Below, piece after piece: positions 1 to 12,713 of a stretch of DNA of 64,000 nt. The position numbers and the translations under genes were made by a program. The notes under the pieces were generated by a model. The model worked only from the letters and a program-made list of their open reading frames with translations. It was not told the DNA's origin and made no database searches. This DNA is from Podarcis erhardii. Lineage: Eukaryota. Location: assembly GCA_964252035.1 (NCBI GenBank), contig OZ176205.1. One strand, 5' to 3'. Position 1 is the first letter of the stretch. The number at the start of each line of letters is the position of its first letter.

Positions 1-504
1 ACCACAGCCACTGGCACTTATTTTCCATATGTGACACCTTGGTTTCCAACCAAAATTTGGGATACAGTGAAGTGATTGCAGAGTTGAAAAAGTTGATTTG
101 GGTGTAAGATCCCACTGCAGTAAATGCAGGTCCCACTTCTGATCTTTAGGTGACCATTTCTCTGGTTGATTACTTCAAATCACTGGGTAGCCGTCAACTA
201 CCGTTTACTCAGAGTAATTAACTTGTACTCACTTAAATTACTGGACCTAAGTTAATTGCAGCCATTAATTTAAAGACGCCTACTCTGAATAAAAGATAGT
301 TGAATACAACCCACCACATGAAATTCGGCACACACACAACTTCCTTGGCATTCGTAGCCCATGGCCCTCTGTCCACCCTTTTTACCTTGTTCTCTGTTCA
401 GTGTCAGCAACAAACTCCTTCCCTCAGGCCAACAGTCAACCCCTTCCCTTAACTCTCTGATTTGGCTTCCCTTTCAAAGTTTCCAAATATCACCTCCATC
501 ACTA

Positions 505-670
505 AATCACTAGGTGTCTTTATGCAAGCCACAATCTCTCATCTTCACCCTCTATTCTCCATCTGCAAGATGGAGATAGTAATATTGATCTACCTGGCAG
601 AGTTGTTGTAAGGATTATTGAGAGATTCCAAGTAAAATGCTCTGAGCTCTCTGAAGTGCTATATAAGCAC
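505..670 (+). mobile_element. Old CORE/MIR-like SINE remnant
   Basis: CORE-like text 'ctccatctgcaagatggagatagtaat...ctacctggcagagttgttgtaaggatta'; diverged, boundaries approximate. Confidence 0.5.
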
Positions 671-727
671 GAAGTAGCTTATATAGTATACTAGCAGCTA
701 ACCCTCCGCTTTGTTTACCATCTAGCC

Positions 728-854
728 CAGCCTCCCCCAAGCTGGTGCCCTCCATAAGTTCTAGACCACAATTCCCATCCACAATACTGCCAGCACAGCT
801 GTGGTAGCTGGGACTGATGGGAGTTACAGTCCAAGTCTACAGAGCACCAGGTTA
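728..854. mobile_element. Short palindromic hAT-type MITE
   Basis: Internal inverted arms (acaattcccat / atgggagttacagt); 8-bp direct repeat ATCTAGCC at 720-727 and 855-862. Confidence 0.6.
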
Positions 855-1399
855 ATCTAGCCTGAGAAGTCAAAAGCTTGAGCACTATCCTGTCATACTT
901 TGGTTGTCCAGGACAGATTCATTAACAATGCACTCGTGTCCCATGGAAAACACCCTCATGAAAGTTCATGTACTGACTGTACTACCTTCAATATCAGGAG
1001 CCAACTCCCTGTGAGGGAAGATCTGGCCGTCATATTCAAACCCAGAGACAATTGCATGGAGAGAATGACACAACGAAATAGGTGAGGCTTTAACTAAGGC
1101 TGACTATCCAAATGTCAAAAAGGGGGCACCAGGGCAAGCAAAATGAGAAGGCAGATGGTTTTCCCCGGAAGTAGAGCCATTCTTCTTTCCCTCATAGAAC
1201 AGATATTTCTCACTTAAATTTCAAGTCAAATTTCCATTGCTAATTAAAACCAGCAACGAACGGCTGGATTGGGTGGGAATCCTAAACCACATTATCTGCT
1301 ATATGAGTATCAGGGGAAATGCGGGTTCGCTTTGTGACTTGGGTGGCTTTGTCCCACAGAAGCAGTCACAAAGTGGAGGCTTGAGGGACCAGAGAGACG

Positions 1400-2320
1400 A
1401 TGCCACGTATTACTTGGCTAAATAAATTTCGCACGCTTTTAACTTCCAAGATCTTTCCAGCTACAGGCCCCTGTGGCTCCAGAAGGAGCCATCGCGGGTG
1501 GTGCCCCGGGGTCTCCTTCAGCTCCTAGGCTCGAGGGCGAGGAGGGACACGCGCACCCTCTCTCCTGCGCCTCAAGCCATGCGAGTAGAACCCAGGTTTC
1601 CCTTGGCGCAGAAGCGCCGCGGGGGAACCGACCCGCCGCCTCCCTGCGCCACCTGAGCCTCTTTGGCCAACAACAACAGGAGACGCTACGAGGGAGGAAG
1701 GGGAAACGCCTTCCGAAGAAGTCGCAGCAGCAGGGAAACCGGAGCCAATAGAGAGCAAGCGGGACGCCTCCTTATAACTGCCTTTCCCCCGCCATCGCCA
1801 CTCCCGTCACCTACCAGCCGCAACAGAACAAACTGGTTCCAGGAGGAGGAGGCGAGGTTGCCAAAAGCTCAAGTCGGAGACGAGGCGCGGGGGGGGGGGG
1901 AGAGGAGCAAGATCCCCTGCTCCGGCGATCCCTCCAGCAAGTAAAGACGTAATGGGGGGGGGGGCTTGAGATACCAGCGCTTTACCCTTACTAGCCGTCC
2001 GCCCAGCCCTGGAGAGAAGAAGGGGCGCTGCGCGTAAAGACGCAGTGGCGACCTCTGGGACCCTTTGGCCGCGGAGAGGCGCGCCCTTCGCCCTCCCCGT
2101 GCGCCAGGCCTTGCCAGGCGTCCTCTTCCCCCGGCGCTCTACGGCTGGGGCGGCCGCTTGCCTTTCCTTCCGGGCTGGGGAGGGAGCCAATCGGTGGCGG
2201 AGTTTCCCTGTTTCGCGACCGAGAGAAGGCCGCCTCCAGCCGCTGTGTTTACTGTCAGCGAGTTGAGCGTGGAGGAGATTCTGAGCTGTGATTCTGCACC
2301 TACCTACCGGCAGTCCGGAG
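1400..2320. promoter_or_regulatory. CpG-island promoter, probably of OMA1 (first exon non-coding, minus strand)
   Basis: Strong GC/CpG enrichment, GC boxes, CCAAT near 1745 and 2188, candidate minus-strand donor CTG|GTAGGT at 1815/1814. OMA1 identity is synteny inference only; no OMA1 coding sequence is visible. Confidence 0.6.
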
Positions 2321-2324
2321 TGAT

Positions 2325-2395
2325 GGAAGGCATAGAATCGTAACGAAGGGATCCCGAGGGTCATCCCGTCCAACCCCCTGCAATGCAGAAATATG
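2325..2395 (-). mobile_element. CR1-type 3' end fragment
   Basis: 'catagaatc...gtccaaccccctgcaatgcag' is the reverse complement of a CR1-type 3' terminus; same motif recurs near 55320. Confidence 0.5.
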
Positions 2396-2444
2396 CCATA
2401 TTCTGTGACATGTGTAGAACCAGGTTTTTTAATGGCCTTGCGAG

Positions 2445-2573
2445 CATGGGCGTAGCCAAGGGGGCGCAGCTATGCCCCCCAGATCAAATAAAACAATAGA
2501 AATACTTAACTAACTGACCAATCACGTCGGTTTTGCGCCCCCTCCCCCAGGAAAAGTCCTGGCTACGCCCATG
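2445..2573. mobile_element. hAT MITE family A, copy 1
   Basis: TIR CATGGGCGTAGCCA...TGGCTACGCCCATG; 8-bp TSD cttgcgag/cttgccag (1 mismatch); further copies at 45474 and 62704. Confidence 0.8.
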
Positions 2574-4544
2574 CTTGCCAGATGCGGATCTGCCGCTACT
2601 TCCATTCGTACACCAGCGATGGATGGTTCAGAAGTGTGTTGGGGCACTTACACTACTCTCATATGGGCACACATATATTGTAAGTGCATTTTCATGTAAC
2701 TAGGTACCACTGGGAAATAAATGTCCATGTGTGGTGGCTTTCCCTGGAGAAATCAAATGGAAGAAACCTTTAAACGGTGGCTCATCAACCGCCTTTCCTG
2801 TTGCAAGGGAGGACAGAGATTTTTCTCCTTCTGGACATCTGGATTTCAAAATTAGGGGAAGACAAACAAGTGGTTGGCCAAGTTATGCCATAATGGACCA
2901 TTGTGTGAAGAGGGTACTTTTCAATGGCTGCAGGGTCCAGAGCATATGCTAATCAGAGCCGAGGAGCACATCAGTTATACTTTCTTGTCCTTGGCCTGTC
3001 ATCCAGTACAGAACCAGATTATATTTGTGAGCTAAGGAGGCATTAAAGGGACCAAGCAGTGAGCTGTGAAAAGTTCTGAGGGGCTGGAAAGCAGAGATGC
3101 ACTAGGCTCACTCAGCTCAGGGGTGGGAAACCTCTGACCTGCAGGACTAATTTGGCTCGGCATGGGTTCCAGTTTGGGGCACAAAGCCATTTTCCCAGAA
3201 CCATGCCCACCTGCCCCACACCTGCAACATGAAGAGGGGGGCTGGTAGAAACACAGCTGCCTTTGCACAATCAGGAGCCTTAAAGTGCCCCAGCAAGGGA
3301 GGCTTCTTGTCACTGGCAATGAGAGTGATCCTGTCAGGTTCAGCTGTGCTACTAAGTTCCCCACGGAGAACTTGGCTGCACAGCCAACCCCTGGCCAAAG
3401 CGGCTCATGAAAGCAGATCACTCTGCTTTCCACAGTCCCCCACCAACCTGGGAGCAAACTCAAAACGCCACCTTGTGATCTTTCATAGGAAAGTATGGTT
3501 TATAAATATGTAAACAAAATAAATGATGCAAGCACTAAATTCCCTTTTGCAGCTGTGTTACACCTTCTTCTGTATCTTCACAGCAGCCATTATGACGTAG
3601 GTTAGGCTGAGAGTTGGTGAATAGCCTAAGGTAGGAAGTGAGCAAAAACAAGGACAAGTTGAGTGAGTTTAAAATGTGAAACTACAAATGCTCATGGTGT
3701 TTTCTTTTTGTTTATCAGGGTTGGGGAAATGCTTTTCATTTGTGGTTTGCTGATGATTGTGCAGCTGAACAGACTCACAAGTACTTTTTGTAGCCCATGA
3801 AAGCTTTTGTGATAATAAACCACAAGACTTATTTTGTGAGACTTTATTCCATTTGTTCCTTTTGGGAGGAAGGGGGGGGGGGCTATTTTGGGAACTGAAC
3901 TAGGGCCCTCATATCACCTTAAAAGGAAGGTGGTGGGTTTAATTCTCCTGTGCCTTATTCAGAAATATGAAGCCGTGATAGTTATTCTAGGGAATCTTGG
4001 AAACAGCAAACAACACTATCTCCATTGTCAAGTCATGTTTGCATCCTGTCAGCCCTTCAGCCAGACGGATGGCATAACCTTACAAGTCATTAGCTCCTCT
4101 ATTTTTTTTTTTAAAAATGCTTATCTTTCATTAAGTATTCATAAAATAATAAGAATGTTAAACCACTGTGAAATATTTATAGAGCAGTAAGGAACAGGTT
4201 TACTCTACAGATTTGGAACTGAGATTTTGAATATTTAGAGATATATTTATGCATTGCTTTTGAAGATGACATTTGCAAACAAGAAAGGAGATATTGCCCA
4301 TGAACCTGAAATAAGTAGCTCTGGGAGCTGAGTTTCTTAAAAAATAATTGTGGCATAAAATTATGAGGCTTGCAATAAAATATTAGCTGCAGCTGTCAAG
4401 CTGCCAGTCCTGACACTAAAACTCCCTGGTTCATTTAGCACCCGCTACTCAGGCTGAATCTTATACGCTCCTTTCTGGGGAAAAGTTCCACTGAACTCAA
4501 TGGGGCATACTCCAGGGCAAACAAGTATAGGCTCGCATCTACAC

Positions 4545-4680
4545 CATATATTAAAGCCTATTGCTTCTCCCAAAGAATCCTGGGAACTCTCGTTTGTTCA
4601 GGGTGTTGGGAAATTGTAGCTGCAGGGGTTAAATGACAGTTCCCAGGTTTCTTCAGGGGAAGCCATTTTTTAAAATGTGC
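4545..4680. mobile_element. Short hairpin-type interspersed repeat (MITE-like)
   Basis: Inverted arms 'gcttctcccaaagaatcctgggaact' and 'agttcccaggtttcttcagggggaagc'. Confidence 0.5.
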
Positions 4681-5394
4681 TTTCAAATGCACCTAGGATT
4701 ACAGTCCACACCTTCGCATTTTCAGGCTGGCCTGGTTCAGATACCAGAGTTCTCACCAGAGACAACTGAAAATTACTGAGACCCACTGTTTTGGCTCCCA
4801 CTCGTAGACACAGTACTTGAACTTTCAACTTTATTGCCAAAGGCTTTATTCCAAAATTCTCTGCAGGGTCTAAAAATAGGTCAGGTTACAGGTACAGAGG
4901 TCAGGAGCTCAAAAGCGCTCTAAGACGAATGGCTAAGATGTCTCAACACTTGACACACATGCTTGACCCACCTTTTGAAGAGCAGGGCAGGTGCGGTCAT
5001 TGTGTTGTTCTCTTACCAAAGACTGGGCAGGCAAGCAGGCACTCCTGCAAGTAGGCTGGCTCTGCTGGTGCTGACATGGCCAATGGAATGTCCTTAGAGA
5101 TGGAGCAGTACATCTATCTCATGGTCCGACCTAGGCTCAGAAACATTCCTTGAGGTGGGAAAAGCTTCAAGGCAGGGTGGAGACTGGACCAGATGGCTCT
5201 TCCTCCACAGCTGGAACATCCAATGCCACTGGGGTGGTGCTTTCTCCCAACAGACCACTTGGCCCCTCCCCAACGCCAGGCACTCTTCCCAATCGTCATC
5301 CCTCTTGGACCAGCCCTGCCAAGATGTCTTCACAGGGCGTATGACACCCACCCTGAGAGACTTCTTGTTCACATGTCCTCCTTTAAGGCTTTCC

Positions 5395-5476
5395 CACAGT
5401 TGGCCACTGTGAGAACAGGAAGCTGGACTAGATGAGCCATTGGCCTGATCAAGCAGGCTCTTACTATGTTCTTAAA
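5395..5476 (-). mobile_element. Short SINE/LINE-tail fragment
   Basis: Reverse complement reads 'taagaacatagtaagagcctgcttgatcaggccaatggctcatctagtccagc', a common reptile retroposon motif (recognition only). Confidence 0.45.
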
Positions 5477-7192
5477 ATGGGGCAGAGCCAGATTAAAAAT
5501 GGCAGCAAGGACAGTTTGGCATAATCACTTGGCAATTGCTGATGTTGATACCGAATCCTTCTTTGGAAATTGCTAAACCAGAACGAGCCACAGTGAGCCT
5601 AAGGCTTGCCCCTCTTCTAGCCTGGCTACGAGGAATTCACATCCATTTGGGCTTAGCTTCAGCTTCTCATATTGTGAGAAACAACAAATAACTGTGTTTG
5701 CTGCTAATAATGGTTTGTTTGAAACAAGGCACCTTAAAACCATAGGTTATGAAGTTGGCTTGTTTAAACAACCACATTTAAAATGAACAACAATTTGGTT
5801 TAGGGAAACACACTAAACTCTGGTTAATGGAAGAGTGAAAGGTTCTGACGTGCCATTTCAAACATGCCAGAGGCTCAGCTTGCTGTGACTCATTCTTGTC
5901 ACACTAAACTATGGTTTAGCTTGCCATCCGAACGTGGCTGCTGCACAGACACTCTGTCAATTGTGGGTGTATGAAGCTTATGTTATGGTACTAAATTCAC
6001 ATTATGCACCTGCTTTTCTAAAACACCCCTGACTGGCAATCCTACATATTAATATTCTAAAGTCGTCACCAAATGTAGCATGAGTAATTACAGGATAGCT
6101 TCATTGAAATCCAACAGTGAATACCTCTTAATATAGAAATGTAACATGTATAGTCATACAATTAGAAATGTGTAAGTGCTGGTTTTCTTTAAATAGGCAG
6201 CTAGATCTACAGACATAAGTAGTTATTAAAGGCTGTGGCTGTTCGTGAATTTTAATGAAGACATAGCACCTTTTATTTTGAGGAAAGGATCAAAAAGAGC
6301 TTTTTAAAATAAAGTTCCCAAGAGACTCTGGCCTTAGGTCAACCTTTGGACAATTGAACTAACATTATTTTCTATACAAAAAACCCGACACCTTATATTG
6401 TACATAGACCTTGGCTGCTACGGGTTTTACCAAGGGCAAGCTCTGAGGTATATCCAGGAATATAGCAGCCCTTTAAAATATGCTTCGAGCATTTTGCTAC
6501 TGAGATAAAGAGAAAAGAAAATAGAAAAACACCATCTGCATTTCATTAACAGGAGGCCTGCTTTGCCTACCAAACACCGTGTCTAGAAAAGGCAGAAAAA
6601 GCAGGAGGAGCTGAAATTGTATTTTGCTGAAATGCGTAGCAATTCCAAAATTAAAATTTCATAGGATTATGGATGTCAAAATGCGGATTTGGAGAGTATG
6701 TGTGAAAAACCCTGAAATGGCTGAATAAAATGTTGCTAAAACAATTGCAGTCCCTTTGTATGACAGATACATGGCTTTTGTAAATGCAAGCCCAAATGGA
6801 ATTTACCTTACCTCCAAGGAGTGCTGTTTATACAATACACCTAAAATACAAACTTTTCCTGGCTGCCAGGTCCCTCAGTGTGATAGCTTACTAAAAGATT
6901 ACAGGTGAAAACTTATTGTTTTTTTCTCTACCCTTTTATGCTTGCAGATATTGTTCAATAGTCCCCAGAAAGAATTAACAGATTTTAACATTATTGTACA
7001 AAGAAACTGTACTGTATCTGTGTAAATATTCAGGGAATGACAGAGGTTAGAGAGAGAATTAGAACTAGGATTCCCCTCCCCCCACCCTTTGTGCACTGGA
7101 GACCCCATTCAAATAGGCCATTTACTAGAAAGATCCAATTATTATACTGTTGTTCAGCATATTTCCTCCGCTGAGAAAAAAGACTTTTTTTT

Positions 7193-7194
<2 letters not shown>

Positions 7195-7234
<40 letters not shown>
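7195..7234. repeat. (AC)n microsatellite, about 20 units
   Basis: Direct reading. Confidence 0.95.
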
Positions 7235-7239
<5 letters not shown>

Positions 7240-10200
7240 TCTAGTGGGGACAGACGTTTATTCCAAATAAAAATTGCCTGAGAAATAATGGGAGCAAATG
7301 TCACCGGTTCTTTTGGGGTCCATCTCTAAAACCTCAGAGGAGGATTACAAATCCATTCTCATTCTGCCTCTCATTTAGATAACAACCATGTGTCTCCCCA
7401 TAATTGTTTCCTAGGTAGTGAAGTGCACTGGAGTAGGATTCTAAGTGTATTGTCCCTCAGGGAGCAAAGACCTTCATGAAAATAAAATGAGGATCTTGTC
7501 AGCTTATTCAGCGTGTGCAAAATTTTAACGAGGCAAAACTGTGGCATAAGGAATAGTGCTCTGGCTGCCAAACAATATATATAAATATATATAAAACCTG
7601 GGAAAGTCAAGTCTTCCTGCTCTGATAGGCAATTGTAACATCTCAAGATTAATTTTAGCATTAAAATGAAGTAATTGCGGCACTTAGAAATTTATCAAAA
7701 CCCTGAAACAGATCAATGGGAAGGCTTTGAAAAGGGTAATTGTACCTGCATGGGAAAGATTATTGCTGTAATAGTATTAACCATCCCAATTAAGGAATAG
7801 GGAATTGAGGGGGCAATTTGTTAATATTACAACCCATTCTCTGAAGAAGTGGTTAAAACCCTAAGATATAAATTATGTAGTGTTTATCAGTATTTTATCA
7901 CGATTATTTAATTACTTAAACTGTTCCAACTGTCATGTACCTAGCTTTTTTGTAAAGCACTTGTGATTAGATATATCTATACTTTTCCTAAGCATGTCAA
8001 AGGACAAGAAAACCATTTCCAGTGTGGTGAGATCACTTTACATTATATACAGTATGATTGAGCTGCTAAAACAACAGAGTTTTCTTACACCTCAACAACT
8101 GTTAAATTTATTGTCACCCAAACTTCTGTGGGCCAGATTCCAATTCATCAGAAAGCATGAATATGTTTATTAAATTTCCACAAATTTCACATGTAATTCC
8201 AATACATAATAATTTTTTTCTTTTGTTTTATCAACTTCCCCTTTTTTTATTTCGGCCCCTTGCTGCACCCTATCTTCCGTCTCTTATATTATAATCTCAA
8301 TGCAATAATTTCTAATTATTCCTTTTGCTCATAGTTCAAATCCTGCTCATGGGTTCTTCATATTATAATGTTTCTTTAAATAATAAAAAAAGAGGCTTTC
8401 ATTCTTCAATAAAACAATCATCACTATTTTTTCTTATTACTGAAACTGGGTGCAAAACCTTTTACTATGTGCTGATTAAAGTGAAATATTTTTTGTTGGC
8501 TGGTTTCAGCTCTAGCGACAACTAGATCATGTTTAATGAGGCAACCATTTTGACTGTCCACATTCGTAGAGCAAGTGAATGTTGTCCACTGGGTAAGCAT
8601 GGACAAAGCAGCTTTTGGGTGACATAGATCAGAGAAGTAGAACATGACCCACTGGATGTATAGTAGCCACAGGAAAAGCATTTGAGAACTCTCTGCACTG
8701 CATCCTGGCCAGTGATCAGCCAATTTTGTGAACCCATGGCCTAGCACCAAGTTCAATTTTTGACACCCACAGCCAATGTTCAAAAGGCAGGTGGTACACC
8801 AAAAGCTGAATCATGTGTGTGTTGTGGTAAATCTCCGCAACTGAATGACAGGCTAGAAACTGCCATGCACAGGAGTTCCTCCTTGTCCTTCCTGCTGAGT
8901 TCTACAGGGGCAAAGCTGAGGCTAAAGAAGAGGCAGCTAACAGCTCCAGTCACCCCCTGGACTGTAGGGATGCAGGTGAAGAGGGCTGGCTGAGGGCAGT
9001 GCCCCATGCCCCCTAGTCAACCAACCTCCAATGATGTCCTGGTAAGAGCTGTTTCCACTCACACAAATGACTACACCAGATTACAGTAGAAGCAGAACAG
9101 AGAGGCTTTAACCATGAATTCAGTGAAAAAGAATAAACAATTTCAAGGAGTGTGAACTGTGGCCGCCTATTAAAGCAAGACTTGCTAGTACACAAAAGTT
9201 GTGAAGGCTAAAGACCGAGGAGAGAGCTTCTAGGATTCTCCTGTAGTGTTATTTTCAGTTTTTGGGTCTAATAACATACAATAAAAGTGGTTTTCACCAA
9301 ACCCACCTCTAGCCAGTCCTTTCAACTATCCATCAACATGCCTGCCTCAGTAAATTGTTTGGCTTTTCCAATGCCTATTATGGATTAATTTATCATAGAG
9401 CAAGTTGCGGGTTGATTTCATTGCACACTGGAATGGGTCTGTGCTAAGACCTCTAATGAACTTGATCTGGGTGTGTGGGTGATGTAATTGGATAGCTTCT
9501 TCGTCCTATGAGTACTTACTCAAGTATGGATTGAAGTCGGTCTACAACTCAGCATATTGAAAGGGTAAGTTGAATTTTCTCACAGTCTATGGTTCCCTTT
9601 CATGCACTTCCCATGAAATTAAAAGATCTCTGTGAACATTATTGGTAAAACACTGGTAGTCATCACAAGGTCCCGGTTAAAAATGAATGTGATAATAACA
9701 GCCACAGGTAGGTAAAGGAGGAAAAGTAGGAGTGGTGAGAAGGTTGAAATTGCAAGAAAGGAATGTAACCTGACTCAGAAAGGACGTGGAGTTTGTCAAA
9801 GTCAGTTTCTTCCTGCGTCTTTATGCCAGCTAGAATGGCATATGGCCAGAGATGTTCTCTGCATGTCTTGCTGCAATTAATCTTTCTGTTCTTTTGATTA
9901 ATTGCTGGCATATACTGTATCCCTCCCCATTTATGACCTCTGAGCTTTCTCTATCCCTTAGCAGCATATACAACTGAGTCTTGACGGCATACACAGAAAT
10001 ACCAAAGCCCATCCACTTTTAGATGGGGTTAATTAATTATAGAAACTTTGATACATCTGTAGCTATGCATGGCCTAGTCTACTCTCTCACACAGAAACAA
10101 AAGTCTTCTCCTAACCCATCAAATCTCAATTATTTTTTCTGCTTTTTTGAAACAATTATGATTACTTGCACTTGCTTTCTTACTCATTAGTTTTCTTACT

Positions 10201-10299
10201 CATTGGATACATTGGCTACATTTACAATTCATAGTAAGTCACATGGCCAATAGTTTACCATGAACATTGATTACTTTAGTCCTCCCTGCTAGCAGCAGA

Positions 10300-10602
10300 A
10301 GCAACAAACCACAATCCTTGGTTTAATGTTTAATGTTATGTCCAATCCAGGGATTGTGGTTTGTTTCGTGTATCAGGGGTGTTATTTGATCTTATCCGGA
10401 GATGCATACAAAGAATATATTTTAAAACAAAAATAAAATTCTGAACAAAATTCTGAACAAAATAAATTCTGAACAAAACTTATAAACCACAATTGGTGAG
10501 TAAATAGCAAACCTTGGCTTCAAATCATGGTCATGGTTTGTTTGGAACAAAACAAACCACAATCCCTGGTTTGGACATAACACTAAACCAAGGTTTGTTG
10601 CT
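10300..10602. mobile_element. Old foldback element with about 60-bp inverted arms and an internal tandem repeat
   Basis: Left arm about 10300-10366 matches the reverse complement of the right arm about 10549-10602; three internal copies of aaattctgaacaa at about 10436-10478. Confidence 0.55.
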
Positions 10603-10793
10603 CCCACTTGCTTGTTGGGGGAGTGAAATAGGAGCATTCTGTATGTTCGCAACATTGCCACCCACATTATGAAAACCATGGGCCCGAGGCATTGTTAGCT
10701 TATTTGATAACTCTGTCCCTGGTCAAAATAGCCTTGATATCTGTTGTCAGAAAAAAAAAAAATTAAGAGCAGGACCAAGTACAGATGTTCTCA

Positions 10794-11299
10794 GTCTGTA
10801 GTCCACTGGCAGCAGGAGTTCAATATGGGTATGTCTTTGAGTTAACATCTTACATCAAAAACCTGACAGTACCTAACTATCGAAGGCTTTTTACCAAGGC
10901 CAGACTGAATGTCTTCCCCTCTGCAGTGCTGGATGGTAGGTTGAGAGGAGTTCCCTACCAGGACAGACTTTGCTCGTGTGCTCAAGACATCGATTCCATA
11001 AATCATATTTTGTTACATTGTGCGAAGTATGAGCAGGCCAGGGCTGAATTGATACTACCCTTGCTGGTGCCTTTCCCGGGAAAGTCAGAGGCTCACTATG
11101 TCAGGTTCCTACTGGAAGAGCGGACAAAAGCTAGAACTTTGGCAGTGGCAAAGTTTCTATCGGTGGTTGCAAGAACAAATGAGCCCTATATTCCAAACAA
11201 AGTGCTTGATTAACCTGAAGGTAGGCTGTATGAACTCTGTATTGATTTGTAATGTTTTGTTGGTCTCTGGACCGTAATAAAGATTGTTGTTGTTGTTGT
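10794..11299 (+). mobile_element. 5'-truncated non-LTR retrotransposon (ORF2 C-terminus with CCHC knuckle; clade unresolved)
   Basis: Open frame 10785-11213 with RLCSCAQDIDSINHILLHC (C-x-C-x8-H-x4-C); AATAAA 11276-11281; (GTT)n tail; candidate TSD TGTTCTCA at 10786-10793 and 11300-11307. Confidence 0.75.
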
Positions 11300-12045
11300 T
11301 GTTCTCAACTATTCTGCAACCTTTCTGCAGAACATCTTAAAGAAGCTCTAAGATCACTTGGGTACCTCTGACTTGACAGCCTCTACAACGAAGGAACATT
11401 ATGCTTACAGCTATATGTGACTCACAGCTATATGGAGGAGTGCTTGTTCATTCAGCAGCAGTGGTTACAGATTATGGTGCAAAGATTGTGGTGGCCTGTA
11501 ACAACTACCATAGTTTGTAATGACAATTTTAATAGTGACTTACTGCTTTGGGGGAGAGGCTTTGTGGCTAAGATGACCTATCTATAGTGTCACAATAGCA
11601 TGAAAGGTCCTATTTTGCCTGGACAAGTTAGTTAACAAGAGGAGTACACTCTATAGCATATGCAACTATGTTGTACTGAGTCATTTTAGGTCTATTAAAA
11701 CAGTAGAGAGGTTTTCCGGGGTTTCTTGCCAGCTAGACTGTGATAACAAAGATTAGATAGCAAGCAGTGCACTTACTACCAGCAGCTGCTGTCACCAGAT
11801 GAAAACGGGTGATACTTTCCAAGAAATGGCAATGGCTGGCAATGGTTTGATTATATTACACCACCCAGTACATGACTGGCAAGTAGTTTTCCCAGAGCTG
11901 GAATTCAGCAAGGACAGAAAAAGCTTACCCCTACAGTAAAACACCAGGAGATAGTTAAGGACCACAGGCAGCCTGATCTATGCTGGGAGGAAAAATCCTT
12001 TAGAATCACAGCATGAAACTTAGCAACAGTTTAAAGTTAAGAAAA

Positions 12046-12051
12046 TTTATT
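12046..12051 (-). terminator. Candidate TACSTD2 polyadenylation signal AATAAA
   Basis: TTTATT on plus, about 660 nt downstream of the stop codon. Confidence 0.5.
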
Positions 12052-12713
12052 TCAATGAAGATTACATTATAAACACACACACAAACACACAGACACACAC
12101 CAGTTCCATGGTAAACGCTGACATTTGTTCACAGAAGGTATTACTATTTTACAAAAGAAATATTTTAGATCAGAGACAAAAAACAATCAGGTTTAAATGG
12201 AAGAAGGGAACCTTTCCAACACTTTTAATAATAGAAAGTCTGTCTCAAATGCACAGACAGAACACACACACCTTAGCAGCATGGGCCAAAGAGAACAGGG
12301 CGGGGGATTGGGGGATAGCTACACATAAACACACCCCAAAAAGATGTAGAAATGCAGTTAAAATAAATTAAACTAACCGTGTAGCTACAGAACATTGTTT
12401 TCTTAAAAAACTACAGATCTGGAAAAGTTCAGTACAGGGATTTTGTCCCTAACACATTGATATTCATCTCAAATTATTATTATTTTTATCACATAGTACA
12501 CTATAGTTAAAGGGAAATGCTAACTATATCCCAATATTTTCCAATCTGGAATTGTGGACGTTTTACAAAGCTGTTTCTTTTATCTTTGATTAAACATTAA
12601 TTTAAAAAAGAAAACCAAGTGCCCTCCCCACCTTCAAAAGACATGGTAGCAATCTTGTCGTCTTCTTTCCATTCCGCCCATGTCATCTTAGTTCTACAGT
12701 CAAATTAAGGCAC

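Noticed and set aside
1473-2373. Many overlapping GC-rich ORFs in the first CpG island
   Set aside because: Stop-codon scarcity in GC-rich DNA; Pro/Arg/Gly/Ala composition with no homology cue
12108-12371. Short AT-rich ORFs across intergenic and intronic DNA
   Set aside because: They overlap the TACSTD2 3' UTR or introns, with no coding bias or homology cue
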